A stretch of 64,000 nucleotides of DNA from Octopus sinensis (lineage: Eukaryota): NCBI RefSeq assembly GCF_006345805.1, contig NC_043002.1:74276001-74340000 (forward strand), written 5' to 3'. Shown here in pieces: positions 1-13,560 of this stretch. The stretch's first letter is position 1; each line of letters begins with the position of its first letter. The notes under the pieces were generated by a model, which was not told the DNA's origin, ran no database searches, and saw only the letters and a program-made list of their open reading frames with translations. Both the position numbers and the translations under genes were made by a program.

Positions 1-492
1 TGTGAGGAACCCATTGACCCAATTTGCTAACTTTTCTGATGGCATGCAGGTGTCAATGAATGGTTGAATGACCAAATCGAAGCATCTTTACTAGTTCCTC
101 AACAGATACAATGAGATTTTGTTTCACCAGGGTTTGCAGGATGTCCTCATTGAGCTCTACAGATCTTCCAGGACAAGGTTCGTCTTCTAGGCTGTAGATT
201 CCGACTCGGAATTTCTGGAACCACCATTGACACTGGTTTACACTTATTGTCTGATCCCCATATACTGCATTAATATTCCTCGTATTTTCTGTTGCATTGT
301 TGCTTTTATTGAACTCATAAAGCAAAACATGCCGAATATGCTCCTTTGTCACTTCTATTATAGCTTTGAAAAGAAAAAAACTATTAAAATCGAACTGCAC
401 TCTTCAAAACTTGCACTAAGAATAAGTACAAGGTAAAATTACTACCTGCTTTTATAGCAAGTTGATGCAAATAGTATTATTTATGGAATAAC

Positions 493-496
<4 letters not shown>
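1..496 (-). mobile_element. Decayed mariner (Mos1/Hsmar1-type) transposon, 5' part, cut by window edge
   Basis: ORF 53..400(-) encodes the mariner N-terminal HTH (EVTKEHIRHVLLYEF...YGDQTISVNQCQWWFQKFR...LEDEPCPGR). After a stop, WVPH (linker motif WVPHEL) is read at 13..2(-). The TIR-like end TTGGGTTATTCCATAAATAAT ends at 496, followed by TA. The ancestral start appears mutated to ATA. Confidence 0.9.
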
Positions 497-546
<50 letters not shown>

Positions 547-552
547 ATATAG
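497..552. repeat. (TA)n microsatellite at the mariner TA target
   Basis: Direct reading. Confidence 0.95.
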
Positions 553-730
553 TATATCCAGACATGTTTTTCCTCTCTCTATTGTTTTCTTTCCTTATTC
601 TTTTCTGTACAAGGGCATAGGCTTAAAAATTAAAGACTTTTCTATTTTTCCTGAGTGTCAAACTAATACACCTTGTTTGTTGTTCCCTCATGAGTCTGTC
701 TTGTTTTTTGCTTCTTGTACAACTTTCAGC

Positions 731-870
731 CATGCATGCATGCATGCATGCATGCATGCATGCATGCATGCATGTATGTATGTATGTATGTATGTATGTA
801 TGTATGTATGTATGTATGTATGTATGTATGTATGTATGTATGTATGTATGTATGTATGTATGTATGTATG
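731..870. repeat. Compound (CATG)n/(TATG)n microsatellite
   Basis: Direct reading. Confidence 0.95.
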
Positions 871-949
871 TGTTGTGTATAAATGTATGTATGCCATAAC
901 CAAAAATATACTATTCAACAATATAAAAGTGTGTGTGTGTCTGTGTATA

Positions 950-1052
950 TTTCATCATCATCATCATCGTTTAATGTCCGCTTTCCATGTTAGCATGGGT
1001 CGGATGATTTGACTGAGGACTGGCGAACCAGATGGCTGCACCAGGCTCCAAT
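950..1052 (-). mobile_element. 3' tail fragment of retroposon family A (RTE-like (GAT)n tail)
   Basis: CATCATCGTTTAATGTCCGCTTTCCATGTTAGCATGGG...GCACCAGGCTCCAAT matches 27800-27900 and the reverse complement of 8930-9030. Confidence 0.75.
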
Positions 1053-1494
1053 ATATATATATATATATATTAAAGAAAACAAAAAATAAAACAAAAATGA
1101 TAAAAGCAAAAGGCTAAATATGTGTGCAAAGGTATTCAATATGTTGGTTCAATATTTTGGTTCAGTGTTCAGTATGTTAGCCACAGGAATTTCTGTCAAA
1201 GAGATATGGTTAAACAAAGTTGTCCATCATCTCCCTCTTTCTCTCTCTCTTATTATTATTTCCACTGCCACTAGCAACACAACTTACTTTTATTAAAACA
1301 TCACCAACTCTCCCCTCTTTCTCTCCCTCTCTTTCTTTCTCTTTCTAACTCTCCTCACTCTCTTCGCCACTGCCCTCACCGTCTCTATGCCCAGCACGAG
1401 GAATAGTAGAAATGTCATTGAATAGTGAGAGAAGAGGATGCCAAAGTGTGACACACTGACACACAGAAATATATATAATATATCATAATGTTCT

Positions 1495-1815
1495 AATACT
1501 GGCACTGTCGGTTATGATGACAAGGGTTCCAGTCAATCTGATCAACAGAACAGTCTACTTGTGAAATTAACATGCAAATAGCTGAGCACTCCACAGATAC
1601 ACATACCCTTAATGTAGTTCTCAGGGAGACTCAGCATGACACAGAATGTGACAAGGCTGGCCCTTTGAAATACAGATACAATTCATTTTTGACAGCTAGG
1701 TGGACTGGAGCAATGTGAAATAAAGAGTTTTATTCAAGAACACAATGCCCCACCAGAAACTGAACTCACAACCTTACTATTGTGAGCTGAATACTCTAAC
1801 AACTGAACCATAGTA
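1495..1815 (-). mobile_element. tRNA-derived SINE family D
   Basis: Homologous to 10275-10500, 31880-32130 and 38980-39480; shared CAGGGAGA(C/T)TCAGC..GACACAGAATGTGACAAGGCTGGCCC block. Confidence 0.75.
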
Positions 1816-2132
1816 CCAGTATAATATCTGAAGCATACACTCATATATATATACACATGATTATCACTGTAGTATTTATAACTGTAGGATGTTGTAGCAA
1901 ATACAAAGTATATAATACTGGCATGTTCTCTGTATTATATAATGCATCCTACAACTATATTAAGGAGGCATTGATTGGTTTGTTAAGATTTGTTGCTTAT
2001 AAAACAATGTTTCATGTGAGGTGAGAACCTCTGTGACTATCACCAAAGGCTGGTAGATTAAGCATAATTCAATTGTTAATCTTGAGTACATGACTGCGAG
2101 CTTAATGAACTGTAGCTAGAATATGTGCGAGA

Positions 2133-2139
<7 letters not shown>

Positions 2140-2205
<66 letters not shown>

Positions 2206-2317
2206 TGGTGATGAAGAGGAAGAAACATGTTCAGACATGTAGCTTATAGGCTGAGTGGACAGAATACATTGGCAGCTCATCAGCCAGCAGGGCCAGCAAA
2301 CATAGCTTAAACACACA

Positions 2318-2377
<60 letters not shown>
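2140..2377. repeat. (AG)n and (CA)n microsatellites
   Basis: Direct reading, 2140-2200 and 2310-2377. Confidence 0.95.
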
Positions 2378-2382
<5 letters not shown>

Positions 2383-3584
2383 GTATATATGTATTTGTGT
2401 GTGTATTATATGTATGTTATATATGTATATAACATATATATAATATATATATTATAAATATGCTATATATATATATATATATATATAAATTACACAACAA
2501 GATGGGTATAAAATCAGTCAGACCAACCAACATATGAACACAGAGTTTTGTCGGATTTAAGTGGAAAGCTTCCAATAATCTTTTGTTGATCAATTTCTTT
2601 TCTTTTACTTTTTTTCTTTAAAGAGAACACCTATAACCAACTGAAAATATCAAATAAAAAAAAATACATTGAAATAATATATTTATTATAATTTCTCCTT
2701 TTGACTGGGCACTTAACTTACCAACTCTGTACGACCATTGCTTAAATCTATCCATTGTATGATTTTCTGTCTCCCATTGTTCTCAACCAACCAACCCCAA
2801 GTCAAACATAATTCATTGATTAGCTCCCATAATCTTGTTTGGAGGTTGTTTGGGCATTTCTGTTGCAATGTCTTAGCCATTATCTCTCTATATATAAACG
2901 GCAAAATGTCTGTCTGTGTGTGTGTCCTTTATACAAATCCACAATTTTTCAGTTAGAGGGCTCGCACTTTCTATGGTCATTCAAAACCGTCCAAGGGTGG
3001 TCGTGCACATCTTTACATTTCCCCAGTCACCCCGCAAAGCCATTAAAAAATCAATAGAAGTGACTTTTTTGTGAATTTTCCATCCAAAACCCAATCAAAA
3101 TGCCTGAAACTTGATACGCCAATTGAATGCCAGCTAGCTGTATGTGATTGGTCGGAGATTTGGACAGTACTTGCATGTATGTGCACATGCACGCAGCTGT
3201 ATATGCATGCACCAGCACTAGTCAGACACTTCCAGGACAGACCACTGATCAAAACAAATTTGACAGGACTTGAGACCAGAGATAAGGCTCACACAACTGA
3301 TATACTGGATTTCAAATGTTGGCACAAGGCCAGTGATTTCAGGGGAGTGAGTAAGTCAATCACACTGACCCCAATGTTTAAATGGTATGTAACAGCTAAG
3401 CATGTGTCTGGAGGAAGAAGCTGTGCCCATGGCCTTTGCAAACCCTCAAAGACTGGTGAGATTGATGCCATTAATATTCCATAAGAAAAAAAAAATGAAT
3501 AGAGAGTGAATTCTAGCAGGATAATGTTCTGGAGAGGAAAGACCAATGGGTAGAGGGATAGATAGTACAGGATTAAAGGGATGA

Positions 3585-3670
<86 letters not shown>
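3585..3670. repeat. (TG)n(AG)n compound microsatellite
   Basis: Direct reading. Confidence 0.95.
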
Positions 3671-3672
<2 letters not shown>

Positions 3673-4101
3673 TGCACCTGAGTTGAGACATCATGTGACC
3701 AGTATCCAGTGTAGAAGAGGGTAGAAAAGAGGGAGAGAGGTAATGACAATACAACTATAGGCCACAAGTTGAACCATATGTGAGAGATTTAATGTGAAGG
3801 TGCATGGCCTGGTGCTTCTGGTGTTGCACTCATGATTGTGGATTGTGTTCTTGAGCAAAACATTTCATTTCAAATTGCTCCAGTCTGCTCAGCTAACCTT
3901 GTGATGCAAGGGTGAGATGGTCACTTAGGAAAGTCACCTGAATAGAGGCCTCATGAGCCATGTTTTGTATTTGGTGATTGAAAGGATGAATAGTAGCAGC
4001 CACACTCTGAAACCTGACTTGTTGGGATTGGTTGTTCAACCACATCTTAAGTCATCATCAGCAATGCCAATCTATCAAATGACCTTGCTCTAGATCTGGT
4101 C

Positions 4102-4104
<3 letters not shown>

Positions 4105-4140
<36 letters not shown>

Positions 4141-4230
4141 TGTGTGTGTGTGCATGCGCGCGCGCGCGCGTGTGTGTGTGTGCATGCGCGCGCGTGCGTG
4201 TGTGTGTGTGTGTGTGTGTGTGCATGCATG
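4105..4230. repeat. (TG)n/(CG)n alternating purine-pyrimidine tract
   Basis: Direct reading; includes (CG)n runs. Confidence 0.9.
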
Positions 4231-6266
4231 TGTATGTAGCAACAGCACTCTCTCAAAATACACACGGACAGGACTTTAGTGAAGGTCTCAGCTGATCTTT
4301 GTAGATGGTCTGTAGTTACCAGGATGAGTAGAGTAGAAGGGAATGAAGTAATTTTTTTATTTTTCTCTTGGGAATTTACATAAAATCTTACCCAGTCTGA
4401 GTGAAATGTATCAGTAAATAATATTATCTGTACATTTTAACCCTTTAGCATTCAGATTACTCCATCAAATGTAATGCTTATTTATTAACATTGTTTTGAA
4501 TTTATCATGCATTACCTTGTAGTTTTGAGATTTCAACGATGTGATTGTTTATTAGAATGACATAGTAGGTTAAGTGTGAGAAGCTGGATCTGGCCAATTT
4601 TAACACAAAGCAGCTAGAATATTTGGGTCAAATCTGGCCAGTTTAAATACTTTGTATTAGTAAAGTCAGTTGAAAGGATGAGTTTGTTAAAAAAAAATGG
4701 AAGAGTAGTAAGTTAGGTACTCTATAAGATTTGCCTCTTATTTTTCATTCAAAATATTCCTCCACAGTTAACTTAGAGAGAAGGTCACATTTGTGTAACA
4801 TTTTATTGTTGTTGTTTAACTCAAAGAATCACAATGATTCTAGTCATGTGATCAAGCTGTCCTTTTTTTCCCCCCAGATGTAGTGCGTCTCAGTGTATTG
4901 CAGGTAGGGTGTGGCTTGTAAGAGATTTGGCTGCTATTTCTAACAAATCAAGCAACTTCATAGAAGATTGTTTCTTGGTTTGTTGTGTGATGTGACATTT
5001 ATATATTTCTCAAGGGCATCAGTTGGCATGACTAAACTGAATTGGTTTCAGCCAAGAATCAAACAAAGCAGCTGGAAGTGTTCATTTAACAGGAACTTAT
5101 TTCTTGCTCTACAGCTTTTTGCCATTAAGAAATAATTATGATAATAAGTGAGGGTGAATGCCCTTTTTATTGCTAACCACTCAATCTATTTTCAGTTATT
5201 TTGATTACAGGTAATGTCCTTTGCCTTGGTTACTGCAACACAGTGGCAGCAGCTGGAATATGAACCATATAGAAGCCAAAACACAAGATATAAAAAAACA
5301 TACACAAATACAGGTATATCAAATACCATACAATACAAGTTCTTGATGTTTTAAAATTATTTTTGCTTGTAGAATATATATCATGGATGTAGCAGGAATA
5401 TTTAGCAATCAGATCATTTACATAGGTAATTGCTAGAATACTACCTACATCATATGAAAACTCTGACCCGACAAGGCTTATGTGAAGTTGGCTCCAATAA
5501 ACAGCACTTTCATTTTTGGCATGCTTCTGTTAGAGCCAAATCACCTCTATATATTTAACACAGCAAACCCCATTGACAACAAATGTTGGATGGCAGCTGA
5601 TCCAAGTGCTGGATCAACATAAAAGCAATGAACATACAGTGAATGAGAGATATCAGAAGACAGCAGCATAACCAGAAGTTAACCACAATGGATGAACGGC
5701 AACAGCAACACACAATGACCAGTTAACATTTTGACTACTGTTACAACCATGCCAATCCAAAAACAATAATTTCCAACTCTTGATGTTTTGTCAGTTGTAG
5801 TAATGATAATACTTTTTTTTTATATTTATTACAAAAATCATAAATACTTTTTATCTAAAATCTCAAATAGTTATCAATGTTCTTAATTGTAATATGGTTA
5901 TTAAATGGTAAACAAGAACAGCTTTGTATGAGAGGAGCAGATAACATCAAGAATCAAGGATTTCATCAAAGTTGACATGCCATTAAAGAAAAGGACAGGC
6001 TTATCTTCAGGAGACAATAGGACAGTCATGGACATGTGTTTCTTCCTTGGTAAATGTCAATATGACAACTGTCAAACCTTTGGAGAATTCTCAATTCTTG
6101 AGATGATCTTTCCTTCTGATATAGAGCTGGTCTTAGCTACCAGTGGTAATTAAGAAACATGCACTACAGGTAGAGATAATTAGTGCTGTGTGGTATTTAA
6201 TATATCTGTATCAGTCTATATGGTTCAAATACATGCCACTGGCCACTCTAAGTTATTTCTTCTAGA

Positions 6267-7113
6267 TGAGGATGGATTAAAACCCACAAAAGCCTGAGGT
6301 ACTTAAAAGATTTTGGTGCCCCCATATACATGTAATTCAAAATCCAGACAATAATAAACCATAAAATAAATTTTGATTTTATAAAATTAAATGAAACTAA
6401 CAGTAAGAAGAAAAATGATGTTTATTTTTGTATACTTTATTTATATTTGAAAAGTTTTCTCCTCCTTTTTTCAGTTGCAAAGTCTTTGATTAGATCCTCG
6501 CTATAGTACCATTAACACTTCAAAACTATGTTTCCAATCATATAAACCACTTTGAATATTATTTTAGCAAGTTTAAAGTGATTTCTTTTGTGCTGTAAAC
6601 CATATACTGTTTCTTATTTCTTTATTGCCCACAAGGGGCTAATATATAGAGGGGACAAACAAGGACAGACAAAGGGATTAAGTCAATTACATCGACCCCA
6701 GTGCATAACTGGCACTTAATTTATCGACCCTGAAAGAATGAAAGGCAAAGTCGACCTCGGCAGAATTTGAACTTAGAATGTCAAGACAGACGAAATACCT
6801 ATTTCTTTACTACCCACAAGGGGCTAAACACAGTGAGGACAAACAAGGACACACAAACGGATTAAGTCGATTATATTGACCCCAGTGTGTAACTGGTACT
6901 TAATTTATCAACCCTGAAAGGATGAAAGGCAAAGTCAACCTTGGCGGAATTTGAGCTCAGAACGTAACGGCAGACGAAATACCACTAAGCATTTCGCCTG
7001 GCATGCTAACGTTTCTGCCAGCTTGCCGCTCTTTTACTGTTTCTGTGGTACACCCTACTTCCCTTGATGCCCTAAGCACATGCTTATTTTGCTTAATGGT
7101 TAATCCAGCACAG
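6267..7113 (+). mobile_element. hAT-like MITE (same family as 56347-56743) interrupted by a SINE dimer
   Basis: Colinear with 56347-56743 once 6615-7034 is removed; decayed GGATTAA / TTAATCC termini. Confidence 0.7.
6615..7034 (-). mobile_element. Head-to-tail dimer of SINE family C
   Basis: Two tandem copies flanked by a 10-bp TSD TACTGTTTCT (6605-6614 / 7035-7044). Confidence 0.85.
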
Positions 7114-8148
7114 CTCCTAAACTTACTTTAGTAAAACATAAACATTGTTTAGAACTGTTATTGTTTGTCAAACAACTGAGGTCATGTATTGAAACAAATC
7201 TATCATGGAATGGTCATGATGTCTAATTAAAACACACAAATGCCACATTATATTCATTGCTATCATATTTGTTAGAATATCAAAGTCTTTCATCATACAT
7301 CTACGACCTGTTTGCTGATAATCCATTTGTCTGTATCCATAAAGGGTCCATGCAGAGGAGTAGATTGCATTGGTGAACAGGATTCAAGTGTATTATGAAA
7401 GTCTGACATCCCTGCCAACACTGTCACTGTCGTCACCATCAATGACGCTGCTACCATGGCTTCCATCACCAAACCACCACCACCACAACCACCAGCATCA
7501 CCACCAGCATTACTACCAGCATCACCATCACTATCACCACCATATTCATCACCAGCAACACCATCATCATCATCATGTCTGCTTTTCCATGCTTGTATGG
7601 GAGTTGGATGAAACATATTGAGGCAGTGTTCTATGGCTTGATGCTCTTCCTACTGCCAACCCTTCTTTATGAAGTAAGGTATTTTTAATTCATGAGGCTT
7701 CACACCCCTTCTCCTCCTCCTCTTCCTCCATTTCCTCATCATCATCATTGTTGTCATCATCATCCACTTTTTCCAGCAGTTTCTCTCCACTAGTTTCACC
7801 ATAGTATAGAAGTTATGCCCCCTGACATAATACTGGTATATTTCATGCAGGGGGTATTAGACCCCTAATCACATTGTTCTGAGGCAAACTTCTTAACCAC
7901 TCAGCTATGCCTGTTTGATAACAATGGAACATACACTGACTAGCACACTCTGTACCAAACGTAGACAAATTCATTATAGTATGTGTGTGTGTGTGTGTGT
8001 GTGTGTATGCATGTATGTATTTGTGTGTGTGCATGTATATATGTATGTGTGTGTATGCATGTATATGTGTATGTACGTATATATAAAGGTATATGTGTAG
8101 ATGTGTGTGTGTATGTAGTATGTATTCATGTATGTATAAATGTATGTA

Positions 8149-8183
<35 letters not shown>

Positions 8184-8479
8184 ATGTGTGTGTATGTATA
8201 TATGTACATGTGCATATATGTATGTATATACGAAGGTATGTGTGTATGTGTGTAGGTGTGTATCTATGTATATTATTATTTTTCTCCTCTGTTACTTGTT
8301 TTAAGTCATTGGACTACAGCCATACTGGGGTACTCTCTTGAAAGGTTTCAGCTAAACCAATCTACTCTACAACTCAGCTTCTTTTTTTAAGCCTGGTACT
8401 TATTCTATTGATTGTAAAGTGGTGGTGGCAGACAAGACAAATACAAAGTCTCTCACACATACACACTGTTATATATACC

Positions 8480-9030
8480 CAGTAAGCCAAGTGAGATCGT
8501 AGTCGAAGCCTAATGCCAGTGTCGCATAACCAGCCCATTTAAGAGTACCCTTCAATCGTTGGGCAATATGCTGTGGTTGAGAAGAGCTGTTGAGTCAAGT
8601 GAAATCGTTGTCATGGCTGATGCCAGTACTGCCTGACTGGCTCCCATGCTGGTGGCATGTAAAAAGCATCATTTAAGCAAGGCTGATGCCAGTGCCACCT
8701 GAATGGCTCCGGTGCCGGTGGAACAGAAAAAGTACCATACGAACGTGGTTGATGCCAGTGCTGCCTGACTGGCTCCCACACCGGTGGCACGTACAAAGCA
8801 CCATTCGAGCATGGTTGATGCCAGTAGCACCTGACTGGCCCCCATGCCAGTGGCACATAAAAAGCACCCACTACACTCTCAGAGTGGTTGGCATTAGGAA
8901 GGACATCTAGCTGTAGAAACTTTGCTAGATCAGATTGGAGCCTGGTGCAGCCTCCTGACATGCCAGTTTTCAGTCAAACCGTCCAACCCATGCCAGCATG
9001 GAAAGCAGATGTTAAACGATGATGATGGTG
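8480..9030 (+). mobile_element. Retroposon family A with internal imperfect subrepeats and (GAT)n tail
   Basis: Repeated GATGCCAGT(A/G)C..CCTGACTGGCTCCC units; ends GCATGGAAAGCAGATGTTAAACGATGATGATG; reverse copy at 27800-28345. Confidence 0.75.
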
Positions 9031-9880
9031 ATATACACACATACAATAGGCTTCTTTCAATTTCTGTCTACTAAATCCACTCACAAGGCTTTGGTCAACC
9101 CAGGGCTAGACACTTGATGCATATATCATATACGTATGTATGTATACATATGTACATGCATACATACATACATACATACATACATACATACATACATACA
9201 TACATACATACATACATACATACATACATACATACGAGGTCCCCATCATATATTATGAGGCCTAGCATTTGTAACAATGCCAAGGGTTCTCATTTTCTGT
9301 TGTTCTTGAAAAGAAAAGCTGAAGTAAAAGACCATTTCTTTGAGATGTGTAGTGAGTGCATCTTTATGCTATTTAAGGGCACTAGATTGCTATCTTTCTA
9401 TAGAAGAAGATTTCCAAGATCCCTATTGGTAAAAGTAGAACAGATTTGGAATGAGGCAGCTTGATTTACAGGAATGACACCCATGTGCTAAATGTTTATT
9501 TAGAAGGAGTTAAGGGTGGTATCAGCTGCATAGGAATGAGTTATTAGAAGTGGCAGTAAAATACGTCATTAATGTATAGAAGATAGAGTGAAACAGACTT
9601 GACTGAAATTTGAGGCACACTAGAAATAGGGGCCATGTCAGAATGCATTGTAATGGTACAATCAGAGAGAAAGCAATCTAAATGAGTTGATACTGGCATG
9701 GTTGAGTGGTTGAGAAGTTTGCTCCACATGATACTTTGGGTAAATGTCTTCACCAAAGCCTCAAGTTGATACAAGCCTTGTGAGTAGAAAAAACTCATGC
9801 TCTGTTGGTTATGATGATGAGGGCTCCGATTGATCCAATCACTGGAACAGCTTGCTTGTGAAATTAACAATCCACAGACA

Positions 9881-10268
9881 TAGGCTGTGTTGGTAAGTAG
9901 CTTGCTTACCAACCACATGGTTCCAGGTTCAGTCCCACTGCGTGGCACCTTGGGCAAGTGTCTTCTACTATAGCCTTGGGCCAACTAAAGCCTTGTGAGT
10001 GGATTTGGTAGACAGAAACTGAAAGAAGCCCATCGTATATATGTGTGTGTGTTTGTGTGTCTGTGTTTGTCCCCCCAACATCGCTTGACAATCAATGCTA
10101 GTGTGTTTACGTCCCTGTAACTTAGCGGTTTGGCAAAAGAGACCAATAGAATAAATACTAGGCTTACAAAGAATAAGTCCTGGGGTTGATTTGCTCGACT
10201 AAAGGTGGTGCTCCAGTATGGCCACAGTCAAATGAGTGAAACAAGTAAAAGAGTAAAGAGTAAAAAGA
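9881..10268 (+). mobile_element. tRNA-derived SINE family B
   Basis: Head GGCTGTGTTGGTAAG...GGTTCAGTCCC (A/B-box-like), internal (TG)n, tail AAGTAAAAGAGTAAAGAGT; several homologues in window. Confidence 0.85.
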
Positions 10269-10274
10269 GAGAGA

Positions 10275-10500
10275 CATGTGTGCCCTTAATCTAGTTCTCA
10301 GGGAGATTCAGCGTGACACAGAATGTGACAAAGCTGGCCCTTTGAAATACAGGTACTACTCATTTTAGCCAGCTAAGTGGACTGAATTAATGTGAAATAA
10401 AGTGTCTTGCTTAAGGACCTAATGCAATGCTGGGAATTGAACTTACAAACTTACAATTGTGAGGCCAATACCCCTAACCACTAAACCCCATGCCTTCACC
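10275..10500 (-). mobile_element. SINE family D
   Basis: Homology to 1495-1815. Confidence 0.75.
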
Positions 10501-10644
10501 TTTCTGAGTGAAAATAAGTAGATGGAAACTGTGTAAAAGTATGTTGAATGGATTGTATCTGTAATTCAAAAGTTCAGCTATGTCACATACTGTGTTACAT
10601 TGATTTAGCTGGAGAATTACTTTAAGGTATATATGTCTTTGGAA

Positions 10645-10875
10645 GGCAGTGACATGGCAGAAATGTTAGCATGCCGGGCAAAATGCTTAGTGGTATTTCG
10701 TCTGCAGCTACATTCTGAGTTCAAATTCCGCCAAGGTCGACTTTGTCTTTCATCCTTTCGGGGTCGATTAAATAAGTACCAGTTACGCGTTGGAGTCGAT
10801 ATAATCGACTTAATTAGTTTGTCTGTCCTTGCTTGTCCCCTTTATGTTTAGCCCCTTGTGGGTAGTAAAGAAATA
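10645..10875 (+). mobile_element. tRNA-derived SINE family C, full length
   Basis: B-box GAGTTCAAATTCC; 19-bp TSD GGTA(T/C)ATATGTCTTTGGAA at 10626-10644 / 10876-10894. Confidence 0.9.
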
Positions 10876-11959
10876 GGTACATATGTCTTTGGAATACTCT
10901 GTCAGTTCCACATAATCCTTCTATTATTATATTTCTAGTGAAATACACTGCATTTGTTTCAATTAATTTTGAAAATAAGGAAGAATTTAGTAAAATAACT
11001 TTGCCATAATTAAGCTGGCATTTGAAACATAAATTAACATGAAATTTTGATGGAAGGTTTTAATTTTGATCAATTTAAAATAGGAAGTCTGTTTCATAGA
11101 ACCAAGGGTAGTCTCAAGTGGGTCGATATCAAAAGGGTAAATTTAATGAGTCAGATGCTCAGTTGATCAATGAAAAACTGAAGCTTGTCGTCCACATCTT
11201 ACCTTTATCCAGGCATTGATGGTTGAATAAAGGCTGGATTAGTGGGTAGTGATGGAAAGGTAACTAGTATCTTGTGTGTCAGTGAGTAAGTCGGTGATAC
11301 AGGTTAAGGAGGATAACAAGACATAGGCAGTTCAGAATGATAAAGGATTTGACCATTGCACAAACAGTAACTTATTGAAAGAGCACATGAATCAAGAAGA
11401 GCTGAGAGTGAACATGAATTCGAGTGGGGGCATGTTTCAGTGGGTTGTGGGCAACAGTTTGATGATGCTGGATGGTTAGAAGTAGTAAACAAAGTAAGCT
11501 ATACCAGTACTATGAAACTGAGTATAAGAGAAAAGACATTGCAGGCAACTAAAATAAATGGATCCTGCATTAAATTGCAGAAATAGATGAAAGCAATTTG
11601 AATTTCTAATGGCCATTTGTCCATGGCAAGTAACAATTTGAAATGTAATGGTGTAATTAATAACAGGAACATTCATAGACTTTCTGATGATTTGTAGGAA
11701 GTTTGTGCTTGGTATGTTGTTGTTGTTTTTGTTGCAGCTGTTATTGTTATCGTTGTAGGCAGATTATCTCTGTCAGCCGTGCATGATCAAACTTGTGACA
11801 CACAGGGAGTTAAGTGGATAAAGCATTTGATTAACATTTCTGGATGTAGTCATGCGGCCTTTAATGTGGAGCATGTTAGCCTAAATATTTCCAGCACTTA
11901 GTCCCAAATTTTCAATACGATAGACAACAACAATGATGACAATGATGACGACGATAATG

Positions 11960-12720
11960 ACAACAACAGTTCTTTCTAATTTTGGCAAAAAGGCAAAAGA
12001 GCAATTTTAGGGGAAGGTGGTTAGTTGATCACATCAACCACAGCATTGTATTCTATCAAACTCAAAAGGTAATTTTTGTGAAATATCAATTTTGGTGAAA
12101 TTTGAACTCAGAATGTGAAGACCCAGACAATATGCTGCTAATCATTTACTCCAACACGCCAATGATTCTTCCAGCTTAATAATAGTGACAACGATGACAA
12201 CAATGATGCTGCTGCTGCTGATGATGATCATGATAATGATGATGATGGTGATGGTGATGATGATGATGATGATGATGATGACGATGATGATGATGATGAT
12301 GACCCTTTCTACTATAAGGCCTGAAATTTTTTTCTGCGGTGGGAGGGAACTAGTTGATTACATCAATCCCAGTTCTCAACAGGTACTCATTTCATTGACT
12401 TCAAAACGATGAAAGACAAAGTTGATCTCGGAGGAATTTGAGCACAGAATGTGAAGACAGATGAAATGCCACCAAGAATTTTGCCCAGTGCTGTAATGAT
12501 TCTGCCAGCTTGCAACCTTAAAAATAACGACGATGATGGCGGCGGTGATGACGACGATAATTCTTTCTAACTTTGGCACAATGCCAAAAGTTTTGAAGGT
12601 AGGGTATTAGCCGTTGCCATCAACACCAGTATGAGACTGCTACTTTAGTTTATCAATTCTGAAGAACAAAAAGCAAAGTTTATTTTGACAGGATTTGAAT
12701 TGGCATTTTGTCTGATGCTC
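11960..12720 (-). mobile_element. Tandem cluster of three decayed SINE C2 copies separated by trinucleotide tracts
   Basis: Repeated TTCTAA(C/T)TTTGGCA..A / GATTACATCAA.CCC / GAATTTGAACTCAGAATGTGAAGAC modules with (GAT)n and (GAC/AAC)n between them. Confidence 0.7.
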
Positions 12721-12908
12721 TAATGATGACAATGATGACGATGATGGTAAGGATGATTAGAATGATGATGGTGATGACAATGATGATGAAGATCTTTTTC
12801 TTCTTCTTATCATTGTTATCACTAAGACAGTGATGACAATGAGAAGAAGGGGAGGGGGAGGAGGTAGCAGTAACAGTAGTTGTTGTTGTTGTTGGTTGTG
12901 GTGGTGGC

Positions 12909-12942
<34 letters not shown>

Positions 12943-13560
12943 AAGATTATTATCAAGGTCAGCATGTAGTAGTAACAACAAGATAATAAGATTTAATTTT
13001 TTCCATTGAAAGATGTAAACTCTGAAGCTAAATAATTTGGTTGATAGTAATTAAAGGCAAGAGCATGTCACAGCCTAGGAAAGTGTCCCACCTTGGTCTT
13101 AAAAGCTACAGCTTCCCAGTATGTTTGTTCTGTTAACTATTCTTGACAGTGAAGTCAACTGAGACAATACGGAATAAAACTTCGTATCTTGAAACAAAAC
13201 AAAATGCGAGTAGATTTGAACTCAAATCCATGGATAAGTAATCTGATACATTATCTGCTCAGCAACTTTGGTTTGGTGACAATTGTTAGTAAGCAAAACA
13301 TAACACACACACACACACAGGTATGCTTATGCACACCCACATACACACTGGAGTTAAATCAATGTGGTGGTAGTAGTAGTGATGAGGATGATCATGATGA
13401 TGGTGGTGGTGGTGATGCTGCTGCTGCTGTTACTGGTGAGGATGATGATGATGATAATGATGGTTGTAGTGGCAGTGATGGTGGTGGTGGTGGTGGAGGT
13501 GTTGACGACAATGATAACAACGACAGCGACAATGAGAACAATGACGGTAATGACGATGAC
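12720..13560. repeat. Low-complexity (GAT)n/(GTA)n/(GGT)n region
   Basis: Direct reading; source of the poly-M/D/Y ORFs. Confidence 0.85.

Noticed and set aside
53-400. SETMAR-like host gene
   Set aside because: No SET domain; TIR present, start lost and stop codon, so a dead mariner.
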